A DNA stretch of 63,530 nt, counting the filler, from Octopus bimaculoides (taxonomy: Eukaryota), in the NCBI RefSeq assembly GCF_001194135.2. It is 6 parts of 6 records of this genome, joined end to end, with 100 filler letters (N's around TTAATTAATTAA, not from the genome) between each part and the next. Parts side by side here need not be neighbours in the genome. Positions count along the whole stretch, not along the records: positions 35,990 to 42,209 come from NC_069008.1; positions 42,310 to 62,303 come from NC_068985.1; 4 more parts are not named here. One strand, given 5' to 3'. The position numbers and the translations under genes were made by a program. Positions 37,799-48,545 of the stretch are shown in pieces. Numbering within the stretch: position 1 is the stretch's first letter; each line of letters opens with the position of its first letter. The notes below the pieces were generated by a model. It did not search any database, had not been told where the DNA came from, and saw only the letters and a list, made by a program, of their open reading frames with translations.

Positions 37799-37975
37799 AT
37801 TTAAATGACAATGAGTGGCACAAGCTTGAATTGAACATGGATATCAATACTGGAGGATTTGCTGTGTCATTAGATTTCTACACTTCCCAGCAGGGGGAGC
37901 TCAAAGCCTTTGAACCTTTGATCCGCCAAAATGCCTTACAGTGGGAACATTTGCCATCTTCTATATATTATGGAG
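37799..37975 (+). CDS. Axotactin-like LamG-EGF protein, coding exon 2 (LamG middle)
   Basis: Acceptor ttcttcAG 37797-37798, phase 1 in and out, joins exon 1 as GQ-N-LNDNEWHKLEL (LamG G..LND..WH motif), ends IYYG-G, donor GTATG at 37976. Confidence 0.92.
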
Positions 37976-38028
37976 GTATGGACGTCTTGTTGTTGTTGTT
38001 GCTTTTGTTGATGTTGTTGTTGATGTTG

Positions 38029-38645
38029 TTTAACCCCAGGTCAGTCCTGGTCCAGTAGTCCTAGGATCAAAGATGTTCCAGCCGTGACCATCCTGTCTTT
38101 TATTCAGACACAATGTATCTAGGACTACATTATTTAATGTTACTCTCTTTGTTGTTGCTGTTTTTATTGTTCAGCCCCAGGTCAGCCATGATCCCATAGA
38201 CCTATGATCAAAGACGTTCCAGCCGTGACCATCCTGTCTTTTATTCAGACACAATGTATCTAGGACTACATTATCTAAGGTGTACTTCTTCCTTATTTAG
38301 CCCCAGGTCAGTCCTTATNNNNNNNNNNGACCATCCTGTCTTTTATTCAGACACAATGTATCTAGGACTACATTATCTAAGGTGTACTTCTTCCTTATTT
38401 AGCCCCAGGTCAGTCCTTATCCAGCTGACCTATGATCACAGACGTTCCAGTTCCGACCATCCTGTCTTTCCTTCAGGCATAGTCTTTCTAGGACTACATT
38501 GTTTAATGTATCCTTCTTTGTTGTTATTGTTCAGCCCTGATTCAGCAGCNNNNNNNNNNTTTAATGTATCCTTCTTTGTTGTTATTGTTCAGCCCTGATT
38601 CAGCAGCTCTACGATTAAAAAGGTTTCGTCCAAGACCATCCTGCA
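38029..38645 (+). repeat. Tandem array of a ~130-bp dispersed repeat (family D) in the intron after coding exon 2
   Basis: Repeated AGCCCCAGGTCAG...TATGATCAAAGACGTTCCAGCCGTGACCATCCTGTCTTT...CTAGGACTACATT units, with two 10-N gaps; single fragments also at ~23465, ~45472, ~48915 (-) and ~54885 (-). Confidence 0.85.
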
Positions 38646-39029
38646 GTATTCCAGTCCCCAGTCAGCATGGAAAACAGACACTAAGCGATGATTACGATGA
38701 TGATGATGCTGGCAAACACTCCTCAGCATCTCATTTCTCCTTGATGTTCTGAGTTCTGTCTTTGTGTTGCTGGCATGGTTCCAAAATTTGAAACCATTCC
38801 TATTCACTCCATTGTTTGAGCTTTTGAAGTCTTTGAATAAAATAAGTTTACAGAATTTGCTTTGTTTCTTTACATTCTGAGTTCAAATCTTACCAAGGAT
38901 ATCATTACTGTTCATATTTCCTGGGGCAGGGTAATCATTAATACTGTACTAGTGATGAACTGGGGGGGTCACATAATCAACTCTTCCCACACCAATGTGT
39001 TAGTCTTCTGCTTATGTAACAAATTATGA

Positions 39030-39430
39030 TTTCATTCATTTTTCCTTTTTTCTTTTTTCTTTTTTCTCATTCTTTTTCCTTCTTTTTTTCTTTTCTTTTC
39101 TTTTTCTTTCATTCTTTTCCTTCTTTTTTCTTTCATAATTTTCTTTTTTCTCATTCTTTTTCCTTTTTTATCTTTTATAATTTTCTTTTTTCTCTTTCTT
39201 TTTTTTCATAATTTTCTTTTTTCTCTTTCTTTTTTTTCATAATTTTCTTTTTTCTCTCTTTCTTTTTTTCATAATTTTCTTTTCTCTCATTCTTTTTCTT
39301 TCTTTTTTCTTTCATAATTTTCTTTCTTCTCTTTCATTCATTCTCCTTCTTTTTTCTTTCATAATTTTCTTTTTTCTCGTTCATTCTTTTTTTTTCCTTT
39401 TTTATTTCAAAATTTTTTTTTTTTTTTTGT
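39030..39430 (+). repeat. ~400-bp degenerate pyrimidine minisatellite (CATAATTTTCTTTTTT unit) before the exon 3 acceptor
   Basis: Almost purely T/C with CATAATTTTC recurring every ~25-30 bp. Confidence 0.9.
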
Positions 39431-39473
39431 CTTTCACTCCTTCATCTTTCACAATTCCCCTTTTGTCTTCCAG

Positions 39474-39728
39474 GCACTGATGTACCTCAGAACTCTGAAT
39501 TTATCTCGTTCATTGGTTGTCTGAAGGACCTGATGTATGAGAACTCCGATGGGGACTACATTCATGTACCCATAGAGACGTCGCAGAATGTGACAGAGGG
39601 GTGCCACCATCAGTGTGACGAAGAGGAGAATCCCTGTCAACATAACAGCACGTGTATTAACCACTATGACCACGTCACATGTGAGTGCTTTGGCACCGAT
39701 TACGAAGGGGAACTCTGTGAGAAAGAAG
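39474..39728 (+). CDS. Axotactin-like LamG-EGF protein, coding exon 3 (LamG C-terminus + EGF-like domain)
   Basis: Acceptor ttccAG 39472-39473 after a long pyrimidine tract, phase 1; FIGCLKDL (LamG F.GC motif) then six-Cys EGF CDEEENPCQHNSTCINHYDHVTCECFGTDYEGELC; donor GTGAG at 39729. The CxCFGTxYEGExC ending matches my recollection of axotactin; the ortholog call needs BLAST. Confidence 0.93.
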
Positions 39729-39756
39729 GTGAGAACTATTGTCTTTTTTTATTCTC

Positions 39757-40137
39757 TTACTTGTTTCAGCCATTCGACTGCAGCCATGCTGGAGCACCAC
39801 CTTTAGTCAAACAAATTGACCCCAGGACTTATTTTATTGGTCTCTTTTGCCGAACCGCTAAGTGACAGGAACGTAAACACACCAGCATCAGTTGTCAAGC
39901 GATGGGTGGGGTGGGGGNNNNNNNNNNNNNNNNNNNNNNNNNNNNNNNNNNNNNNNNNNNNNNNNNNNNNNNNNNNNNNNNNNNNNNNNNNNNNNNNNNN
40001 NNNNNNNNNNNNNNNNNNNNNNNNNNNNNNNNNNNNNNNNNNNNNNNNNNNNNNNNNNNNNNNNNNNNNNNNNNNNNNNNNNNNNNNNNNNNNNNNNNNN
40101 NNNNNNNNNNNNNNNNNNNNNNNNNNNNNNNNNNNNN

Positions 40138-40179
<42 letters not shown>

Positions 40180-40330
40180 GACGGGCTTCTTTCAGTTTCC
40201 GTCTACCAAATCCACTCACAAGGCTTTGGTTGGTTCGAGGCTATAGTAGAAGACACTCGCCCAAGGTGCCACGCAGTGGGACAGAACCCAGAACCATGTG
40301 GTTGGTAGGCAATCTACTTCCCACATAGCC
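39757..40330 (-). mobile_element. Full-length SINE family B with internal (CA)n tract (gapped), starting ~30 bp after the exon 3 donor
   Basis: tRNA-like head on the minus strand at 40330-40270 (GGCTATGTGG A box, GGTTCTGTCCC B box), CA tract, then 3' part to 39757. Confidence 0.85.
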
Positions 40331-40354
40331 CCATTATCATCATCATCATCATCA

Positions 40355-40391
<37 letters not shown>

Positions 40392-40585
40392 TAAGGCCGT
40401 GAGTCGGTGGGATCATTAGCATGCCAGACAAGAAGCTCTGTGGCATGTCTTCCGGCTTTACATAACGAATCCAAATTCCATTACGGTTGACATTTCTTAT
40501 CATTTTTTTCTAAAGTTGATTAAAATAAGTACCAGTTGAATACTGGGGGGTGGTGTAATTGACTTAAATCCCCCCCCCCTCCGCA
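40392..40585 (+). mobile_element. SINE family A following a (TTA)n run
   Basis: AAGGCCGTGAGTCGGTGGGATCATTAGCATGCC...AAAATAAGTACCAGTTGAATACTGG. Confidence 0.7.
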
Positions 40586-42310
40586 AATGGCTGTTGAACT
40601 GATAGACAGACTCATCTCTGCAACCAGACAAAAATTCCAGTGAATTATAAGTCCGTGGGGGGCGGTGTTTGTTGTTGCCATGNNNNNNNNNNNNNNNNNN
40701 NNNNNNNNNNNNNNNNNNNNNNNNNNNNNNNNNNNNNNNNNNNNNNNNNNNNNNNNNNNNNNNNNNNNNNNNNNNNNNNNNNNNNNNNNNNNNNNNNNNN
40801 NNNNNNNNNNNNNNNNNNNNNNNNNNNNNNNNNNNNNNNNNNNNNNNNNNNNNNNNNNNNNNNNNNNNNNNNNNNNNNNNNNNNNNNNNNNNNNNNNNNN
40901 NNNNNNNNNNNNNNNNNNNNNNNNNNNNNNNNNNNNNNNNNNNNNNNNNNNNNNNNNNNNNNNNNNNNNNNNNNNNNNNNNNNNNNNNNNNNNNNNNNNN
41001 NNNNNNNNNNNNNNNNNNNNNNNNNNNNNNNNNNNNNNNNNNNNNNNNNNNNNNNNNNNNNNNNNNNNNNNNNNNNNNNNNNNNNNNNNNNNNNNNNNNN
41101 NNNNNNNNNNNNNNNNNNNNNNNNNNNNNNNNNNNNNNNNNNNNNNNNNNNNNNNNNNNNNNNNNNNNNNNNNNNNNNNNNNNNNNNNNNNNNNNNNNNN
41201 NNNNNNNNNNNNNNNNNNNNNNNNNNNNNNNNNNNNNNNNNNNNNNNNNNNNNNNNNNNNNNNNNNNNNNNNNNNNNNNNNNNNNNNNNNNNNNNNNNNN
41301 NNNNNNNNNNNNNNNNNNNNNNNNNNNNNNNNNNNNNNNNNNNNNNNNNNNNNNNNNNNNNNNNNNNNNNNNNNNNNNNNNNNNNNNNNNNNNNNNNNNN
41401 NNNNNNNNNNNNNTTTCACCAGTCCTCAGTCAAATCGTCCAACCCATGCTAGCATGGAAAGCGGACGTTAAACGATGATGATGATGATGATGATGATATA
41501 TATATATATCTTCGAAACGTCTAGTTAGAATAGAGGCAGCTGACGAAGGATTAATTCCAAGTGGCTAACTGTTTTCCTATGTGTTCGTTCCGTGGTCTGT
41601 AGTTCCTTTTTCCAACGTCCTGTACCCTGATATGCATCTATATACACATGTAGATGTAAGTATGTACATATATGTGTGTATACATGCATATATATTCTTT
41701 GTATTATTTATATATATATATACATACACACACACACACACACACAGTCATACACAATTTATAAACGCCCACACATAGGTGTGGGTGAATGTGTCCGAAA
41801 TTTTGTTTGTAAATTTGCGTTGTTTTGTGGATGCCATGACAGTCAAGAGACAGAAAGTGTGCGTATTGTGTGTGTGTGTGTGTGTGTGTGTGCTCGTGTA
41901 CGTGTGTGCGTGTGTGTGTGAGTGTGTGTATGTAATGACGTGTTCTCTCCTCCCTGTTTCGTTCCATCTTGACTTCTCTTTGTCTAACCTCAGATAATTG
42001 CTAACATTTACGCAGCTGGGCTTTGTATTTCAGTTTAATGTGTTGGTGGTGGTGGTGGTAGTGGTATTGGTGATGTGTGGTCTGGTCTGGTCTGGTGCAG
42101 TTGTGGTAGTAGTGGCAGTAGCGGTGGTGGTGGTGGTGGTGGTGACGGTGATGGTGGAGATAGATATATGGTTTCTCCAGTCTGGTATGATGCAGATGCA
42201 TGGTGGTGGNNNNNNNNNNNNNNNNNNNNNNNNNNNNNNNNNNNNNNNNNNNNTTAATTAATTAANNNNNNNNNNNNNNNNNNNNNNNNNNNNNNNNNNN
42301 NNNNNNNNNA

Positions 42311-42442
42311 ATTCCGCGGGACTCAGCTTTACCTTTCATCCTTTCGGGGTCGATAACTTAGATACCAGTGAAACACTGGTGTCGATGTAATCGACTAGTC
42401 CTTTCCTCCAAAATTTCAGGCTTTGTGTCTTTAATAGAAAGG

Positions 42443-42492
<50 letters not shown>

Positions 42493-43150
42493 CATCGAAC
42501 ATTATCTTTATCATTATTAAGGTAGCGAGCTGGGAGAATCGTTAATACGTCGGGCAAAATGAGTTCAAATGTCCCCAAGATCGGCTTTGCCCTTCATTTT
42601 TTCAGGGTCGATAAAATAAGTACCAATCAAGTACTGGGAATTGACGTAATCGACTATCCACGTCGCCCCATATTTAAGGCCTCGTACCTATAATAGAAAG
42701 GATTATTATTATTAAGGCGAGATGGCAGAATCGTTACAGAGCCAGACAAAATGTTTAGTGGTATTTCCTCGGACTCTTTACGTTCTGAGTTCAAATGTCG
42801 CCGAGGCCGATTTTATCTTTCATCCTTTCGGGGTCGACAAAATAAGTATCAGCTGGGTACTAGGGTCGATGTAACCGAGTTGCAACTACCCTTACAAACT
42901 GTTGGGTCCTATGCCAAAATTTAAAATGATTATTATTAAAGCGGCGAGCTGGCAGATTTGTTAGTGAGTTGGACAAAATGCGTTGAGTCATTTCTCTCGG
43001 TCCATTACGGTTTGAGTTCAAATCCCGCCGTGGTCGACTTTGCTTTTCATCCTTTGAATATAAAAATATAAAGAACCAATTAAGTATTGGGTCGATGTAA
43101 AATCCCCTGCTGCTAAACTTGCCAGCCTTTTACCAAAATTTGATACCATA
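42311..43150 (+). mobile_element. Head-to-tail array of four family A SINEs separated by (TTA)n
   Basis: Copies at 42311-42430 (head lost in a gap), 42521-42700, 42716-42928 and 42941-43150. Confidence 0.9.
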
Positions 43151-43965
43151 ATTATTACTAATTCATTTCTATTTTCTTTTGAAGCTTCCGAATTTTTGAA
43201 TTCGACAAAGTAAATACTAGTCAATACTGGGACCAAGTTAACGGTCATACTCCTCTTCTTCCTCCTCTGTTTATGCAATTCATAACATTTATTTGGATAA
43301 TGAAAGGGCAGACTGTTTGAATTGATCGATAGAATACCAAAGAATCAGGGTTGATTCTATTATTGCCACAGCATTCTGTGAATAATTGAACTCAATTTTC
43401 TATGGCGATAATTGTCAATTACTTTTTGGCTCTCTCTGCTGCTCATCATCCCACCTGCGGAAAATACTACATGTGACACACTAGCACCTTAACTAAAAGA
43501 AAGATTTATTTTTCTCTCAAATAACGCTACTGAAATCTTATGATTCTTCATGATTCGGAAAACGAATATGAATAATGAAATTCTTTTGAAGTGAGTTAAT
43601 CTTTCAGTATCATAATTGTCGAGAGACCGACATGTTATCGGCCTCCATTGTCAGTGTTGCTCCGTCTGACGATGGAGACCTATCATTGTTAAGAAAGTTC
43701 AGAAGGATACATTTGTAATTTAATGCATTATTTTGGTGTTTAAATGGCCCAGACACTAAAACTGGACCACAAGTTCAAAATGTAGTCCAATGCAGCAAGT
43801 GAATAATTAAATCACAAGGAACTGAATGTTCGTCCGACCTAATCTCAGTTTCCAAGAATTACACTGGTGTCGCATAATCGAGGCGGAATTTAAACACAGA
43901 ACGCAAAAAGCTAGAACAGATATCGCAAGGCACATCGCTCAAAAATCTAGCAATTCTACCAATCC

Positions 43966-44118
43966 ACCGCACTGGACTGGTATTTCATTTATTGAATCGG
44001 AAAGTATATAAGGAAAAAGTTCATACCGACTGAATTTGAACTGATAGAGCAGAGATCTGTAATAAATACTGCAAAGCATTCGCTCCGACGCCTTAACGAC
44101 TCTGCTAACTCGCCGCCT
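43966..44118 (-). mobile_element. SINE family A, antisense, decayed
   Basis: GAATTTGAAC...AAGCATTCGCTCCGACGCCTTAACGACTCTGCTAACTCGCCGCC. Confidence 0.7.
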
Positions 44119-44924
44119 CAGTTGAGGCTGTTAATACGTAATCGCAATTATAATATCAACACTCTTACATAAGTGGGTTAACTTTTAAGCAGGATTTCAG
44201 TATTCTGAGAAATAACAAACCAGATTACATTATCTTAAGTGTTTCTATGAATTCCTAGAGATAGTATTATAATTATAGGCCGAGTGATAAAGTGTAAGGC
44301 CGAGTGATAAAGTGTAAGGCCGAGTGATAAAGTCTAATATTCCCACTAAATTATTTCGTAAAGTGGATTGTCACTGCTCTTAATGGAATAATATAAACAT
44401 TAATTTTCTGGGAAGTGAAGATAAGAGAAACAATGAATCTTTATAGTATTGATCTTTATAGTATTTAAAAAGATGACATACCAATCTGAGTTCAAATCGT
44501 GTCGGGATCAACACTTTTCCTTTTTTTTTTTCTTTCTTTTTTTATAGAGTATCGTAGCTGATATGATCGTCTATATTCTTCTACTACAAAAATGGGATTT
44601 GTGTCTTGTGGAAAAGGAAAGATATTCACTTCTCACACTGACAGAGAACCACGGGGTTGTGCTGTACTTGATTGGGTCAACGTCAGTATATAAGTAGGCA
44701 TTTTTTTTATTAAGCCTTAGAGAAATGATGGTCAACTCGACTCAGAAATGATTGAACTTAGAATATAAAAAGGTCGATACTACATAGAGTAATCAAGTGA
44801 TTATAAATCATTTTTTTACCGTTAACCCGCACTCCACTATATGTTCTTCATGCAGAAGGATCCCCTGGGAAAATTTCTAATGTGATAGTTCATAAACTTA
44901 ATCCATTGCCACGAGGGTGCGTGG

Positions 44925-45195
44925 CTTAATGGTTAGGGTATTCGACTCATGATTTCGATTCCTGGCGGCTTTATTTCACTTTTCTCCATTTCAGCTAGTA
45001 GGCAAAAAATAATTGTATCTTATATTCAAAGGGCCAGCCTCGTCACATTCTGTGTTACGCTGAATCTCCCTGAGAACTATTAAGGGTACGCGCTTCTGTG
45101 GAGTGCTCAGCCACTTGCACGCTAATTTCATGCGCAGGTTGTTCCGTTCATCGGATCAACTGTAACCCTCGTGTCCGTAACCGATGGAGTGCCAA
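44925..45195 (+). mobile_element. SINE family C
   Basis: GGGTGCGTGGCTTAATGGTTAGGGTATTCGACTCATGA tRNA-like head, TTCGATTCC B box, 3' end GGATCAACTG..ACCCTCG..CGTAACCGA.GGAGTGCCA. Confidence 0.7.
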
Positions 45196-45927
45196 AAACA
45201 TCCATTGCCTGTCTTTACAGAAGTGCCTGGCTCTTGGGTACCTTTAGCGTTGTCCACTTTGATGGATACATTCAGGCCAGGTTTCTAGTCTAAGAATAAT
45301 TTCCACCTTTCACCTTACCAATCTAGGTGAGCCTGCAGAACTCATTACTCTGACTCTTCCTCCTCTCTGTCTAAGACAAATATGCCCCAAAAATTTCATT
45401 TCTTTCGAATCAACAATCTTTTTGATTTTTAAATCAAGAATTGTTTTTTAACTGCAAGAACACCCTTTTCAGGCAGATCTATGATCAAGAGCATTCCAGT
45501 AATGACATCTTATAGGTATATGTAGGACTACATTACTTAATATGCTATTTTCTTATTGAAAATAGTGCTGGGTAATTTTTGAAGAATTTTAGCTGCTGTT
45601 TCTAGTTGATCGAGCATAGAAGTTCGTTCGTTGGCTGGTGCTGTTGTTTTTGCATTGCTCCTGGTCAAACCTGATTAAACAGATATTCCTTTTGTGATCA
45701 ATATGTTATATATATATATATATATATATATTTTTACAGATACGTTACATTGCATTATCTGGTTTGTCTTTTGCCATAGAGTGTTTAAGTTCATAGGGTG
45801 CGATCAAGCCATTCATCCAGCCGGCCAGTTAGCCGGCCAGCCAGCCAGCCAGCAATACGTATAGGCATGCATACATAAATTGCTCACATGCATTAATGCA
45901 GACAGACAGACACACACATACATACAT

Positions 45928-45965
<38 letters not shown>

Positions 45966-46029
45966 GCACACACACACACACGCACACACACATTCTCTCT
46001 CTCTCTCTCTTTAACATGTATACACAAGC

Positions 46030-47400
46030 AATTAATAAAACTTGACCCAGTTCAGAAATGGGCCCTGACAGACTCCCCGTTATTATCCCGAAGAAATGCA
46101 GACATCAACTTGCATATCCTCTTGCTAATCTCTGGAAGAATTTACTGGACTTAGATTTTACTTCTGAATATCCCAGTCTGTCATCTTGGTTTTCAAAAAA
46201 TGAATTACCGCTTCATTTCATTAGCCTCACATATCATTAAAGTATTCGAGAGTAGTGAGATAAAAAAAAAAAAAACTGTCATCCTAGAGAAAAATCATCT
46301 CTTTGATCTCAACCAACATGCTTTTCGTAGTGGCAGAGATTGTCTAACACAACTCCACCATCACTTCGATGGCATCCTAAAATGCACCGGGGGAGGTCTA
46401 TAGCACAGATGCCGTTTATCTCAACTTCAGTAAAGCTTTCGAAAAAGTCGACCACAGAATTTTGCTGACGAAATTATCCAACATCATAGTCTGAGGTAAT
46501 GTATTACAGTGGATTAAATGTTTCCTGACATGCTGTCATTGATGGAATTTACCCAAAACTAGCAAAAGTCATTAGTGTGTTCCCCCAGAGTACTGTGTCA
46601 GGCCACTTCTGTTTATTATTTACATAAATGACATTGGAAATGCCATCGAACACAGTAAAACATAAATCTTCGCAGATGATTCTAAGCTCCTAAAGTTATC
46701 AAGGGACACCAAATAGAACACCAGTCTGATCTATACGCTGTGATTCGATGGGGAAAAATGCTACTAAACTAGGTAAAATTCGAGCTCATCCGCTTTGGAA
46801 AAGAGAATATATTTATACAGCCGTATTCTCTTCCCTCGGGTGAGCTCCATGTTACACCAAATAACATAAGAGATTTAGATGTAACTGTGTACAACAGCCA
46901 AAGCTGGAGTGCGCATATCAACTATAAAATCAATATGACCAGCAGGATGTGCTCGTGGGCCCTTAGAAGTCTCCAGGTTAGAGATCCTGATTCCGTCATT
47001 CTTCTTTACGTTTGCCTGGTCTATCCTTGAATATTGCTGCCAGCTATGTTCTCCGTACACAAAACAAAACGTTATTAAAAATAAATAAATGACAGGGCTT
47101 AACTATTGCGACCGCCTCAAAAAGCTCAGACTTATTCTCTTCAACACCACCGTGAGCGCTACATTGTATACAATGTGGAAAATATTCTATCAATACTGTT
47201 CAAACGATACCAGTATTAAGTTCAGAAGTCATCCAAGTTTTGGCCCCAGAGTTATACTTAGAAATCAAAGAAGAAAAAGACCCCATAGCATTCAAATAGT
47301 ATCTAGACATATTTCTCAATGAAATACCAGAGAAATCATCAATACCTGTGTACATCTCGGCAAACAACTTCCTACTTGACTGGGCTATGTTATCCTAGAA
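46030..47400 (+). mobile_element. Decayed CR1/L2-type LINE RT region
   Basis: GPDRLP..LAYPLANLW, NYRFISLASHIIKVFE, NQHAFRSGRDCLTQL, DAVYLNFSKAFEKVDH, YINDI..IFADDSKL, LNYCDRLKKLRL. Confidence 0.88.
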
Positions 47401-47440
47401 CACCACTTAAAAGACGTGACCTGGGGTAAACCTAAGTTAA

Positions 47441-47473
<33 letters not shown>

Positions 47474-47735
47474 TATATACATGCATATATATCATATATA
47501 TATATATACAAACACATGCATATATATATATATCATATATATATATATATACAAACACATGCATATATATATATCATATACATATATATATATACACACA
47601 TGCATATATATGCATATGCGTGTATGTATGTATGTTTGTATACGGTGCAAAATTGTACAAAAACACATAAAGACGAAGTGAAAGAACAACAAATGGGATG
47701 TATTAGTTTAACGCTTAGGAAAAAATGGAAGACGT

Positions 47736-47771
47736 GTTTAACGTTTTGAGCCTATGCTCTTCTACAGAGAA
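47736..47771 (-). ncRNA. Minimal hammerhead-like motif, CUGUA-core family, copy 3 (G12A)
   Basis: Minus strand CUGUAGA-A-GAGC-AUAG-GCUC-AAAA-CG-U-U-AAAC followed by the family flank (..cctaagcgttaaactaatacatcc). Confidence 0.45.
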
Positions 47772-47989
47772 AAAATGGAGGGAAACGTGTTTGAATTAAC
47801 CATTACTTTATGATTAGCCTACCGAAAGTGAAAGGAATTGGCTGGATGCGTGGATGGCAAAGGAGAGAACAGTTACTTGACAAAGGTGTGTATGCATGCG
47901 TGTGTAAGGATAATGTGTGAGTGTCTGTGTGTATGAGGGAGTGCCTGTCTATGTGTATAAAGATTAAATGTGTGTGCGTGTGTATGGAT

Positions 47990-48030
<41 letters not shown>

Positions 48031-48109
48031 TGTGTGAGGCTACCTAACGTATGGGTGTGTGAAATATTTTTTTATTTCATAGGGTGATGAATTTATCCTG
48101 TATCTTTTG

Positions 48110-48545
48110 CTTGCATCACTCATTGGACAGCAGTTATGCTTGGGGCACCACCTAGAAAGGGTTTAATCAAACAAATCGCCTCCAGTATTTTACTCTCTAC
48201 AGTCTTGTATTGATTCTATCAGAATCTGTTTCCAACAAGTTATGGGCATATAAACAAACCAACACCGGTTGTCAAGCGGTAGTGGTAGTGGTAGTGGTAG
48301 GACAAACACAAACATCAGGACACTCACCCACACACACTCACACCAACGCACATACACACGCATACGCGCACATACACACGCATACGCGCACATACACACA
48401 TATACGATAGGCTTCCACGCAGTTTCTGTCTACGAAATTTACTCACAAGTCTTCGGTCGGCCTAGGCCTATAGTAGAAGACACTTGCTTAAGGTGCCATG
48501 CAGTTAGGCTGAACCCGAAGCGATCTTTTAAACCACACAGCCATG
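48110..48545 (-). mobile_element. SINE family B, near full length
   Basis: Same two halves as 39757-40330 with a CA-rich spacer. Confidence 0.8.

Noticed and set aside
41994-42060. Good-looking acceptor after a pyrimidine tract
   Set aside because: The phase-1 frame hits TAA after three codons.
43668-43710. CTGACGA...GAAAGTTC
   Set aside because: No stem I and no convincing stem II.
44277-44335. Short tandem repeats (19-mer here; also 9-mer at 9847, 15-mer at 21405, 18-mer at 22795)
   Set aside because: There are no unique spacers, so these are not CRISPR-like; they are ordinary minisatellites.
45221-45325. Candidate exon (ctttacAG...ctagGTGAG) with VVHFDGY
   Set aside because: There are stops in all frames across the full interval, and the open frame is phase-incompatible with exon 3.
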